Part shown: positions 22,889 to 31,609 of the stretch, one piece after another
How positions within the stretch are numbered: position 1 is the stretch's first letter
Layout of the letters: every line of letters starts with the position of its first letter
Source of the DNA: Candidatus Lokiarchaeum ossiferum
GTDB lineage: Archaea > Asgardarchaeota > Lokiarchaeia > Sigyniarchaeales > Promethearchaeaceae
Assembly: GCA_025839675.1 (NCBI GenBank)
Contig: CP104013.1
Span: forward strand, 4,080,001-4,112,000
Length of the DNA: 32,000 bases
Reading direction: 5' to 3'
Program-made: the position numbers and the translations under genes
Notes under the pieces: model-generated
Database searches by the model: none
Told to the model about the DNA's origin: nothing
Seen by the model: the letters and a program-made list of their open reading frames with translations, nothing else

Positions 22889-24061
22889 ATGGTAGACATA
22901 CGAATCGGGAAACTTCGGATACGAAATTTAGAAATATTTACCTTGTGTATTTTAGGTCTTATTTACGCTCTAGTAATTATAATTAAGCCAGACACCTTAA
23001 TTTATGATTGGGTTGCGGCTCTTTCGGGTTCTATTCGAAATATTGCTACGGGAACATCTAATTCTATTTTAGCATCCTTTCTAATTTCATTAGGTGGCAA
23101 TAGCTCGGTTTTAATTGTAGTTCCATATGCTCTGGTGATTTATCTACTTTCAGTTCAGAATCCTACGAGTTGGGTCTGGATAACTCTTGCGAGCGGTATT
23201 GGTGCCGCCCTGGGAGAAATTGTTAGTTATTATGTTGGCCGTTTGATTAGTAAATCTGATAAAATGAGAACCTCCGAAGTTGGCGAAAAATTTCACCGCA
23301 TGAAGGTTCAATTTGAAAAAAATCCGAAAACTGTTCCTTGGACCGTTTTTTTATTTGCTTTAACTCCCTTGCCAGATGATATAATTTTAGTTCCTCTGGG
23401 AATGATGGAATATGATTATAAACGCACGATTTTTCCTTGTATGGTTGGGAAAACAATTCTTTGTGGTATAATTTGTCTTATGGGGTATTTTGTGGGGGCC
23501 TATATAAATTTCATGGATGATTTGGTTGAACTCTATCCTATCGCTGGAGTCTTATACTTTGTAATTCCTTCAGAAGGAGTTAATCCTCGGGCAGACCTTA
23601 TTTCCTTTAGTTTTGTGTTTATCTTCGTTTATTTAGTTGCCCGAATTAATCTTGAAGGTTTTATTAAACGAAGGAGTAAGGTAAGAAAACATTTTCAAGC
23701 AATGCTCTTAGAAGGAGATAATAAAACACTTCCTGAGTTGGCTGAGATGTATGATGTTGTTAATTATGAAGCTTTTGAGAAACATATGATTGCACTGGCT
23801 GATAAATCCCCCAATATCACTTTCCATGATTCCACCTACCATTTTGATGCTATTGCTAATAAAAAATCTAAAATCGATCATCAAAATTCCAATTATCATA
23901 TCGATGCTATTTATGATAAATCCATGGCATATTCACAGAGCATGGAATTCATTGATTTCTTCTTTTCAACTGAATCAAGGGCCCTAACAGATGACGAAAT
24001 CCCAAAAGACAATGATTCTAGTCAAAAGGGAGGTCAAGCTGAGGGAGAACAAAAAGTATAA
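22889..24061 (+). CDS. DedA/YqaA-type (VTT/SNARE-associated domain-like) membrane protein with a soluble C-terminal tail of about 130 aa
   Basis: 'IGAALGEIVSYYVGRL' and 'ALTPLPDDIILVPLGMM' resemble the two YqaA/DedA core motifs (G..LG....y..GR and P.(v/p)(G/D)D......G). There are 5-6 hydrophobic segments. The tail contains the duplicated motif 'YHFDAIANK' / 'YHIDAIYDK'. Confidence 0.5.
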   Translation: MVDIRIGKLRIRNLEIFTLCILGLIYALVIIIKPDTLIYDWVAALSGSIRNIATGTSNSILASFLISLGGNSSVLIVVPYALVIYLLSVQNPTSWVWITLASGIGAALGEIVSYYVGRLISKSDKMRTSEVGEKFHRMKVQFEKNPKTVPWTVFLFALTPLPDDIILVPLGMMEYDYKRTIFPCMVGKTILCGIICLMGYFVGAYINFMDDLVELYPIAGVLYFVIPSEGVNPRADLISFSFVFIFVYLVARINLEGFIKRRSKVRKHFQAMLLEGDNKTLPELAEMYDVVNYEAFEKHMIALADKSPNITFHDSTYHFDAIANKKSKIDHQNSNYHIDAIYDKSMAYSQSMEFIDFFFSTESRALTDDEIPKDNDSSQKGGQAEGEQKV

Positions 24062-24094
24062 ATTTCCGATTTCTTTTTTTCACCTTAGACATTT

Positions 24095-24643
24095 ATGCAA
24101 AAACCAAAGTCTATTATTTTTAATCCTCGTGGAAAGGTTATTATCCTTTCCATTATCAGTTTTGCTATTTTAGGATCTTTGATCCAACCAACCCTTGTTT
24201 GTGCTGCCGAAGAAGTTTCAATGAGCATTTCAAAAACCATGGGATCAGATTTCGGTCAAAAAATTAATGGCAAGTTTAGAATACGTGGAACCGGAAGTGC
24301 TGGAATTACGTCCTTGGATCTGTATTTTAATGGAACATTAGTTGCTAATGAAGATACCAATGCTCTTGATTTTAACTTTGATACTGATGATTATTCCTTG
24401 GGAATGATGAATATCACCTTGATTGGTAAAGATGCTTCTGGAAACATCTATAGCGATCAGAAGGATAAGGAATTTGTTTCATCTGCAATCAATTTAATTC
24501 TGATTCCCATTTTTCTTTTGGCCATAGGGGGCACAATTGGAGCTAAATATTATCAAAATAAGAAACAGAATAAGAAAAAGGAAGTTAATTTGGATAAAAC
24601 TAAGCAAAATGTAAAAATCAAAATAGATAAAGATTTCATGTAA
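24095..24643 (+). CDS. Small surface protein: signal peptide, a single Ig-like (Big_7-like) domain, TM anchor and a Lys-rich tail
   Basis: 'IILSIISFAILGSLIQPTLVCAA' is signal-like. 'ITSLDLYFNGTLVANEDTNALDFNFDTDDYSLGMMNITLIGKDASGN' is the Ig-like module. TM 'INLILIPIFLLAIGGTIGA' is followed by 'KYYQNKKQNKKKE'. Confidence 0.6.
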   Translation: MQKPKSIIFNPRGKVIILSIISFAILGSLIQPTLVCAAEEVSMSISKTMGSDFGQKINGKFRIRGTGSAGITSLDLYFNGTLVANEDTNALDFNFDTDDYSLGMMNITLIGKDASGNIYSDQKDKEFVSSAINLILIPIFLLAIGGTIGAKYYQNKKQNKKKEVNLDKTKQNVKIKIDKDFM

Positions 24644-24684
24644 TTCACTTCTTTTTAATTTTTATCTGTACAAGTAAATACATC

Positions 24685-24699
24685 TTTTTTCTTTTTTTT
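24685..24699 (+). terminator. T6 and T8 tracts about 40 nt after the stop at 24641-24643
   Basis: 'catcttttttcttttttttc' read directly. Confidence 0.4.
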
Positions 24700-24846
24700 C
24701 TGAGCAAAATCTTAATTTGAAAAGATTTAAAGATATGTTAATTATGATAACCAAGCATTTTAGCCAAATTCTGTCTTTTCTTGAATTGAAGACTCTCAAA
24801 AGATTCAAACCCTAGTCTTTAATAAATTCTCTACCTTGTTATCCTT

Positions 24847-25722
24847 GTGAATAGGCGTTCATATCGCTATCTGATTTATTTTTTGTTTGTATCTACTTGC
24901 CTTTTTCCGTTTGTTACAAAGGAAAGTATGGGTTCTCCAGGAGAAGATAATGAAGAGGGCGCACATTCCGATGGTTGGTATTCGATCTTTACCAACTCTT
25001 CCCGGTCTTTGGATATTATTCCCGAAGAACATATTTTCATAGATATTTTGGTTAAGGGACCTGGCGTTATTTTAAAATTCCACCCGGATGTTCTTGAAAA
25101 TCAATTTTTCACAGTTTATCCTGCCCCAATTATTACAGATGGATCGGATTTTGATTCTGCTCCTGAAATGGATGAAATTGCAGTTGTGTTTGAATTCATT
25201 GCTCCTAAAAAAGCAGGAGTATATGAAATTTTAATTTATGGAAGAAGTCCCGAGGGTCCAGGAAAACCTTACATTGCAGACTTAAATTTCACAATCAATG
25301 TTGGTTTTGCCCAAGAATCAAATTCTTGGTTTAAGATCGATATTTTTAATCATCTTAATATGTATTTAGGATCAGTCGCTATGATCTCCTTTATTTCTGG
25401 AACCATTATCATCAAAGTTCAAAAACGCAAGACATATTTGCATGGAATCTTAATGAGTACTGCATTGGTTGCCACATCAATAAATGTTGCCTTTATCCTT
25501 AAAGATTGCTTCCGAATTATGGGAAAATGGATTGCTTATGATTATTTTGATTGGATTTATCTCCTCCATTTCATCCCTGGGATTATCGGTTTTGGTGCCT
25601 TTTTCGTGGCCTATATGAAAGGGTTGGCAGGTTATCGAAATAAAAAGAGTGGATATCTTGCATTAGGGTGTTGGGTATTGAATTTTATATTTGGGATCAT
25701 TGTTTGGGGGGTAAATTGGTGA
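24847..25722 (+). CDS. Hypothetical membrane protein: signal/anchor, extracytoplasmic beta-rich domain of about 140 aa and a C-terminal 4-TM bundle carrying three intramembrane His
   Basis: GTG start (the only start that keeps the hydrophobic N-terminus 'YLIYFLFVSTCLFPFV'). TM segments cover about aa 166-189 (His169), 197-218 (His199), 233-256 (His241) and 269-290. The Lys/Arg-rich loops 'KVQKRK' and 'YRNKKSG' fit an inside location. Confidence 0.6.
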   Translation: MNRRSYRYLIYFLFVSTCLFPFVTKESMGSPGEDNEEGAHSDGWYSIFTNSSRSLDIIPEEHIFIDILVKGPGVILKFHPDVLENQFFTVYPAPIITDGSDFDSAPEMDEIAVVFEFIAPKKAGVYEILIYGRSPEGPGKPYIADLNFTINVGFAQESNSWFKIDIFNHLNMYLGSVAMISFISGTIIIKVQKRKTYLHGILMSTALVATSINVAFILKDCFRIMGKWIAYDYFDWIYLLHFIPGIIGFGAFFVAYMKGLAGYRNKKSGYLALGCWVLNFIFGIIVWGVNW

Positions 25723-27470
25723 AATTTCCTTCCAATAAAAGCAAAAATGTGCAAAAATATATCTCCGCATTAATGGAGAATGGTATTATTGCATTTTCAA
25801 ATAAACTTGGAGATCGAATTGCTGTAAGTGGTGATTTAAGTGGATCTTCTTTTCATCATCATCAATGGAAAAGAAAATTTATTGCTGATCTTGTGATTTG
25901 GCCGAAATCTGTTTCTCAAATCCAATTTATTGTCGAACTTGCTGAAAAATTGAACTTATCTTTAACTGTTCGGGGCGGGGGATGTAATTATTTTGGATCT
26001 ACGCATCCTTTTAATGGGGGAATTATTTTGGATCTGAAACGAATGAATCAGTTCCATTTCAATCTTGAAGCTAAAACAATGACAGTTGAAGCGGGATCTG
26101 TGATTTCTACCGTTATGGATTATTTAAATCGCCATTCTTTTCAATTATGTGTGTATCCAACTAGTTCTCTTAGTGCCACTTTTGCAGGATGGCTGTCAAC
26201 AGGGGGTTCCATTGGCATTGGATCCTCAAGTTATGGAGAATTTCTTTCTCAAATTGAGAAATTGGCGGTTATATCTCCTACCGGAAAAATAATTGAAGTT
26301 TCTACTAAGGAAGAAATATCTTTATATGTCGGGAGCTTAGGATTGTTCGGAATTATTACTTCTATCACATTCCGAGTTGTTCCTCAATTTTCCCTCTTTC
26401 CCTATTATCTTCAAGTCGAAAGTTTAACTACGTTAAACTCCACTTTAAGTAAGATAGCGGAATTGGAAGATGTATATTTTTGTTTTTTCAGCAATTTCGG
26501 TCTTCATAGTCTACGAAATTTGCATGAAGTCCAATCGGGGAATGTTCCATTTTACATTTTGCTTGTGACTCGCACCCTATTAAATTCTGCTGATGAATTC
26601 TTTGATCAAGCTGAAATAACTCACTATTCTAAGATTTTGGCCCAAGAAGTTTGGCAAAATCGCTTTAAGTTTGAACTTGCTCCAAAAAGAGGGAATACGG
26701 TACTGATTTCCCAACATTATAAGGTTTCAATAGAACTATTAATCCAAGTATTAAAAAAAGCCAATTTTAAATTTAAGAAGGCTCAAATTAGGTCGTTTTA
26801 TTCTGGAATAGTTGTTTCACCAGAACAAATTCGTCTTTCAATATCAATCCCAAGCACAGGGGATTTATTTGATCATCTGCTTCCAAGTAAAGCGATTTTA
26901 CATAGTCTTACTAACTATATATATCAAAACAATGGATGTTTGTACACTTTAGGTTTACTGAATTTTATCTATGGGCAAAAATTTGAGAGTTCCCAATTGA
27001 AACTCTTGAAAAAACGAAAAAAGGCGCTTGATCCATCGTCTCGGTTGAATCCGGGAAAACTTACTTATGGAACTGCCACTTATTTTCGAATGCAAATTCT
27101 GTTTGGATTGAATTCATTTTGGCGAAGACACCTGCGAGGGGGAAGAAAATCAAGGGAACGAAAATGTAACCTCGAAACAAAGGAAATTCAATCCCCTGGA
27201 ATTTTCGATCTTTGCTCTTCCTGTGGGTTTTGCCGCAATAAATGTCCTGCATATCTAGTTGATCCAAATGAAATCTATTCTCCCTCTGGACGATTTCGAC
27301 TCGTTTCTACGATGATAGAAGAGAAAATAAATCCTTTTCCATTTGAATTTATCGATTCTCTGTTTCGGTGTACTACTTGTCAGGCGTGTGAGAAGATTTG
27401 TCCCTTGGAAATTCCTATTGTGAATATTGTTGAATATTTGCGAGCAAAAATTAATTCTTCTTCCAAGTAA
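25719..27470 (+). CDS. FAD-linked oxidase (GlcD/D-lactate dehydrogenase-like, PCMH-type FAD-binding domain) fused to a C-terminal 2x[4Fe-4S] ferredoxin-type module
   Basis: 'WPKSVSQIQFIVELAEKLNLSLTVRGGGCNY...GGIILDLKRMN...EAGSV' is the FAD_binding_4 pattern. 'ALDPSSRLNPGKL' is the family C-terminal motif. Two CxxCxxCxxxCP motifs follow: 'CSSCGFCRNKCP' and 'CTTCQACEKICP'. The GTG at 25719 overlaps the upstream TGA (GTGA) and is preceded by a G-rich SD-like 'GGGGGG'. The alternative start is the ATG at 25773. Confidence 0.8.
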   Translation: MKFPSNKSKNVQKYISALMENGIIAFSNKLGDRIAVSGDLSGSSFHHHQWKRKFIADLVIWPKSVSQIQFIVELAEKLNLSLTVRGGGCNYFGSTHPFNGGIILDLKRMNQFHFNLEAKTMTVEAGSVISTVMDYLNRHSFQLCVYPTSSLSATFAGWLSTGGSIGIGSSSYGEFLSQIEKLAVISPTGKIIEVSTKEEISLYVGSLGLFGIITSITFRVVPQFSLFPYYLQVESLTTLNSTLSKIAELEDVYFCFFSNFGLHSLRNLHEVQSGNVPFYILLVTRTLLNSADEFFDQAEITHYSKILAQEVWQNRFKFELAPKRGNTVLISQHYKVSIELLIQVLKKANFKFKKAQIRSFYSGIVVSPEQIRLSISIPSTGDLFDHLLPSKAILHSLTNYIYQNNGCLYTLGLLNFIYGQKFESSQLKLLKKRKKALDPSSRLNPGKLTYGTATYFRMQILFGLNSFWRRHLRGGRKSRERKCNLETKEIQSPGIFDLCSSCGFCRNKCPAYLVDPNEIYSPSGRFRLVSTMIEEKINPFPFEFIDSLFRCTTCQACEKICPLEIPIVNIVEYLRAKINSSSK

Positions 27471-27525
27471 TCTTTTTTATCTATTTTAAACCATAGGTTT
27501 AATTTTACAAAAGGCAAATAGAATT

Positions 27526-28884
27526 ATGGACGATACATCTTTTAATAATTCTCTTTCTCTCTCTTCTCCTAAACAAATAACAAATTTACCTCCCAAAACT
27601 TGGACTGTTGTGACACTATTGAGTATTGCGGGGCAAATTGCATGGGCTGTAGAAAATTCTTGGTTCAATGTTTTTGTGTTTGATGAAATCACTACTAGTC
27701 CTACACCTATTGCATGGATGGTAGCTGTCAGTGCTGTTGTGGCTACTTTAACTACCATTATTTTTGGAGCAGTAAGTGATAGATCAAAATCGAAAATGGG
27801 GCGACGTAAACCCTTTATTCTCTTTGGCTATATAATTTGGGGAATCATTACGGCTTTGTTTCCCACAGTAGAATTAATTCAAAATGTGGGAGTTGCGGTT
27901 GTGATGGTTGTCATTATGGACGGAATCATGACTTTCTTCGGATCAATGGCCAATGATGCTGCTTTTAATGCTTGGACTACCGATATCACTGATACAACTA
28001 ATCGCGGGAGGCTTCAGGGAGTCCTTCAAATGTCAACCCTTATTGCCAATTTGATTGCTATTGGTGCATCAGGTTTTGTAATTGAAACTTGGGGATATTT
28101 CGTCTTCTTTTATGTATTAGGTGGATTTGTGACCGTTATTGGTCTCATTGCTGGAATCATGATCCAAGATCCCCCTATTATAGCAAATAATTCTTCTGAA
28201 AACAACCCTAAATTTTTCGAAGATTTAATCCATACTTTTAAACCATCAACAGTTAAACAAAATCCCGTTCTTTATATCTTACTTGTTCATCTTGGATTGG
28301 TAGGAATTGCTGCGCAAATATCCTCACCCTATACATTTGTATATCTTGAAAATTTCTTAGATTTTGATAAAGGGCAAGTAAGTATTATTGGAGGTGCTGT
28401 CATCTTGGTGGCAGCCATCGTTTCCATTATCTATGGTTTCAATTCTCATCGATTACCGCGAAAACCCGTATTAATGCTTACAATTGTGCTCAATGCTATT
28501 TTTGGGATTATTTTCTATTTCGTCACGTCTTTTATCTCAGTCATTTTTGTATACGCTGTAATCTTATCGTTATCTATGGTTAATAGCATAGTGCTGTTCT
28601 CTTGGATTCAAGATTTATATCCCGTAGAAGATCGAGGAAAATTCCAAGGAATCCGTATGGTCTTCTTTGTGGCGATTCCCATGGTCTTTGGCCCGATTAT
28701 TGGAAGTAATGTGATCAAATTTTATGGCGAACCGATTATGGACGGCACGACGATATCTGGGTATGTTCCTTCCCCTGAAATTTTTCTGTATTCTGGTATC
28801 ATTTCACTTTTAGCCCTTATTCCACTCTTCTTCATTTCAAAATTCAGTAAGAAGATTACTGATGAAGAGGAATTTGTTCATTAA
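27526..28884 (+). CDS. MFS transporter, GPH:cation symporter family (second copy in the window)
   Basis: About 12 hydrophobic segments and the loop signature 'FGAVSDRSKSKMGRRKPF'. Confidence 0.8.
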   Translation: MDDTSFNNSLSLSSPKQITNLPPKTWTVVTLLSIAGQIAWAVENSWFNVFVFDEITTSPTPIAWMVAVSAVVATLTTIIFGAVSDRSKSKMGRRKPFILFGYIIWGIITALFPTVELIQNVGVAVVMVVIMDGIMTFFGSMANDAAFNAWTTDITDTTNRGRLQGVLQMSTLIANLIAIGASGFVIETWGYFVFFYVLGGFVTVIGLIAGIMIQDPPIIANNSSENNPKFFEDLIHTFKPSTVKQNPVLYILLVHLGLVGIAAQISSPYTFVYLENFLDFDKGQVSIIGGAVILVAAIVSIIYGFNSHRLPRKPVLMLTIVLNAIFGIIFYFVTSFISVIFVYAVILSLSMVNSIVLFSWIQDLYPVEDRGKFQGIRMVFFVAIPMVFGPIIGSNVIKFYGEPIMDGTTISGYVPSPEIFLYSGIISLLALIPLFFISKFSKKITDEEEFVH

Positions 28885-29006
28885 CTTCTTCTTTTCTAAT
28901 CTAATATTTTTTTCTTTTGTAAATTTCGATTTTAAATACAATCTTAACCAACTATAATTAATAGGTTGCAACAACCAACTATCCTTCTTTACAATGAGGT
29001 AATCAT

Positions 29007-30311
29007 ATGTCTGAATCCATTCAAGAAAAACAACCCCTAGCAAAATCAAAAGTGTTTACCCTTAATCGAGATCCCATTTTCTGGCGAGATTTAAGTTTCT
29101 ATTTCTTTGTGTACTTCACTCAAGCAATAATTTCCTACTTTACTCTCTATTTTGCGTCAGAACTTTATCGGGATGAATTGAGTTATGATTTCAATCAAAT
29201 TAGCTGGATTATATTGTTAACTTATCTCCCCTTACTTTTTAAACCCAAGTTCTCAAAAATATTTACGAATAAGCCCTCAACTTATTTAAAATACACCGTA
29301 ATTTTAGGAATTATTCTTAATTTTATTGGGTTTATCATTATCAGCCTAGATATAGTTTATTCAACAATTCTATTATATATTCCTGTAATATTTATTGCTT
29401 TAACTGGTTCCGTGTTAATTGATTCTACCGCTGATACTGTGTTTGTCTTAAAATATAAAGAACAAACATCGTTATTATCTTGGATTCAACAAATTGGAAG
29501 CATCCTTGGCTCTTTAATTTCAACCATAATTTATGCAAATACTGTTGGAACAAATGCAATAAGAAAGGATTGGGGAATTTTTCTTTTTATCATGAGTTTC
29601 GTAATGTTTCCTTTAGTGGGATGGCTTTTTTTTAAAGATATGTTCAAAAGTAAAATAATTAGTGCTGACTCCAATAAGATCACAAATTTAAAAGACAAAC
29701 AATATCCAGATTTTAAAAATATAATAAAAACTCTATCTTTCAAGGAAAAAAAAGTGATAAAACTCTTTATCTTCTTACTTATCGGCTTAAACGCGAGTTA
29801 TTTGGTTGGAACTCTAAATGAGACCATAATAATAGATCGATTTGGTACTGGTGGCTTTACTTCTTTCTCAGAATATTGGGCTGTAATTGGATCTACCGTA
29901 AAACTGGTCTTCTTAGTTTTATTAGTCTTCTTTCTTCCTCTTATTAGAAAAAAAGCGTTTTTTATCATTGTCTGCACAGGAATATATTCAATAGTATATT
30001 TATCCTTAATACCGATATTATCATTGACAGGAATTGGAATTTTATATGTTATATATTCTCCTCTTGGTTTAATTTTTGGAATTGCATGGATTGCTTTAAT
30101 GATTGAGCTCACTCCGAAACAATTTACTGCATGGTGGTACCAAATATTTGCACTAGTGGTACTGTTAACTCGAATTATTTTCGAATTTGTTGGATTACGA
30201 ATAGCTCATAAGCTCGGTGCAGCCCCTCTGTTTTATGCGGCTGCCGTTTTAATTCTCATAACTCTGCCAATCTTAATCAAAGTCATGAAATTGAAATCCC
30301 TACCAGAGTAA
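29007..30311 (+). CDS. Polytopic membrane transporter candidate (MFS-like, possibly BT1/folate-biopterin-like)
   Basis: About 11-12 hydrophobic segments. 'LLTYLPLLFKPKFSKIF' weakly recalls the BT1 loop. The SD-like 'GAGGT' lies 7 nt before the ATG. Confidence 0.45.
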   Translation: MSESIQEKQPLAKSKVFTLNRDPIFWRDLSFYFFVYFTQAIISYFTLYFASELYRDELSYDFNQISWIILLTYLPLLFKPKFSKIFTNKPSTYLKYTVILGIILNFIGFIIISLDIVYSTILLYIPVIFIALTGSVLIDSTADTVFVLKYKEQTSLLSWIQQIGSILGSLISTIIYANTVGTNAIRKDWGIFLFIMSFVMFPLVGWLFFKDMFKSKIISADSNKITNLKDKQYPDFKNIIKTLSFKEKKVIKLFIFLLIGLNASYLVGTLNETIIIDRFGTGGFTSFSEYWAVIGSTVKLVFLVLLVFFLPLIRKKAFFIIVCTGIYSIVYLSLIPILSLTGIGILYVIYSPLGLIFGIAWIALMIELTPKQFTAWWYQIFALVVLLTRIIFEFVGLRIAHKLGAAPLFYAAAVLILITLPILIKVMKLKSLPE

Positions 30312-30317
30312 ACTTTT

Positions 30318-31025
30318 TTAAATGGCTAATGGAATAATTTTTTCGTTACTTCTGGGTTCTTGCTCTTCATTTTTGATACTTCGGAATGTCCATACCATAC
30401 TAAAGAGTAATACTAGCTCTCCTAAGGATCCGAAGACTAATCCAAAAATCGAAGCGGGAAGTGCACTCATGATGAAAATAATAATTCCTCCTGCCAAAAG
30501 ATACCAAGAATGTTTACGAGATTCATGAAATATTGCTCCACCTAACCCAATGCAAATGACCACAACTGCAACAGATGCATAAGGAAATGATTTAGCTGCT
30601 GTGTGACTCTGAGTATAATATAATATTCCATCAAAATATCGTGGTTCTAATGTGATTCCCAGAAGATGGGTGAATACCCCAAAGAAAATAAAGGCAATGG
30701 TTATTCCCCACGTCAAATATGATGGAATCAGTTTTGATTTACCTCGATCCACTCGATAGAAGTTTAGTAGCGTTATCCCGGCTGGGATGAGCAGGGGAGT
30801 AAAAAAAGCATGGATGATGAAGCGACCGAAATTTAAGGTGTGTAAGAGCTCTGATTCTCCGAGCAATGTGCCTATTGATACAACGATGGTGTCATATATT
30901 AACCCTATAATTACAATCATAATTGTTCCGTCTAAATAAAGAGTGTTTTTCATAGTTTTTATAGAAAATACCAATAAAACAATGAACAACACTGCAAGAA
31001 TTGGAAATATAATATTAGAGATCAT
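30318..31025 (-). CDS. Hypothetical integral membrane protein (about 7 TM)
   Basis: A long ORF that is almost entirely hydrophobic helices. No family recognised. Confidence 0.55.
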   Translation of the reverse strand: MISNIIFPILAVLFIVLLVFSIKTMKNTLYLDGTIMIVIIGLIYDTIVVSIGTLLGESELLHTLNFGRFIIHAFFTPLLIPAGITLLNFYRVDRGKSKLIPSYLTWGITIAFIFFGVFTHLLGITLEPRYFDGILYYTQSHTAAKSFPYASVAVVVICIGLGGAIFHESRKHSWYLLAGGIIIFIMSALPASIFGLVFGSLGELVLLFSMVWTFRSIKNEEQEPRSNEKIIPLAI

Positions 31026-31130
31026 TTGATGGAATAAACTCTATCTTCTGTTTTATAAAGTATTTTGGTTTCGTGTTTTGCGCAATCTGGAAAAATCAAA
31101 AATTATCATTTCTAATTATAATCTACCCAT

Positions 31131-31574
31131 TTACTCCTTTTTTTGAGATGATGCAAGAATTTCTTTGATATTTATTAATAGATCCTTCTGAGAGAATGGT
31201 TTTAATCGGTATTTAAGCCCTATTTTAAAAATTTCCAGTTCAACTAATATTTTTTCCGAATATCTTGAGATAAATAATACTAAAACGTCTGGTTTTTCTT
31301 TCACAATTATTTCAATTAGTTCAGTCCCATTCATTAAAGGCATAATCATGTCATTAATAAATAAATCCATAGAATTTTAATGAGCACGAAATATAGATAA
31401 AGCTTGGAGAGGATCACCCGCGATAAGTACATTATAACCGCTGTTTTTTAAATGATTTTGAAATAATTTGCGAGGTTGCGGTTCGTTTTCCACGATTAAC
31501 AAGGTTTCATTTCTAAAAAGATCCTTTTTTGCAATATTTTCACGTTTTTCTTGTTTTGAAACTGATAAATTCCA
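31131..31574 (-). pseudogene. Stand-alone response-regulator receiver (REC) domain gene interrupted by an in-frame TAA (31377-31379) and lacking an obvious start codon
   Basis: My manual translation of the minus strand, in the same frame upstream of the 79-aa track ORF, gives '...ETLLIVENEPQPRKLFQNHLKNSGYNVLIAGDPLQALSIFRAH*NSMDLFINDMIMPLMNGTEL...KPF'. That is a complete beta1-to-alpha5 REC layout split by one stop. There is no ATG or GTG between the upstream stop (31575-31577) and beta1; the only alternative start, a TTG, sits inside beta1. Confidence 0.6.
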
Positions 31575-31609
31575 TCAGTGATCTCTGGAAGAGGGTTGAT
31601 ATTTTTTAA

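Noticed and set aside
213-30528. Short track ORFs (60-140 aa) nested in or antisense to longer ORFs: 213-485, 679-957, 1185-1379, 4516-4755, 6152-6541, 6360-6548, 8917-9144, 9065-9280, 10201-10515, 12941-13147, 13412-13756, 14806-15072, 15900-16223, 16609-16818, 18321-18521, 19018-19269, 21005-21427, 21384-21644, 22744-22986, 23247-23456, 23708-23899, 23790-23987, 23991-24173, 27061-27267, 27486-27758, 28837-29049, 29531-29743, 29798-30112 and 30322-30528.
   Set aside because: Each overlaps a much longer ORF that has recognisable family motifs or a coherent TM pattern. Their translations are low-complexity or hydrophobic strings typical of off-frame reading of AT-rich coding DNA. None has an independent promoter-like or SD-like context.
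31377-31379. The in-frame stop in the receiver gene as programmed recoding (selenocysteine or pyrrolysine) or read-through.
   Set aside because: The codon is TAA, not TGA or TAG, and no SECIS- or PYLIS-like hairpin is evident downstream. The upstream half also lacks a start codon. Pseudogenisation or sequence error is therefore more parsimonious.
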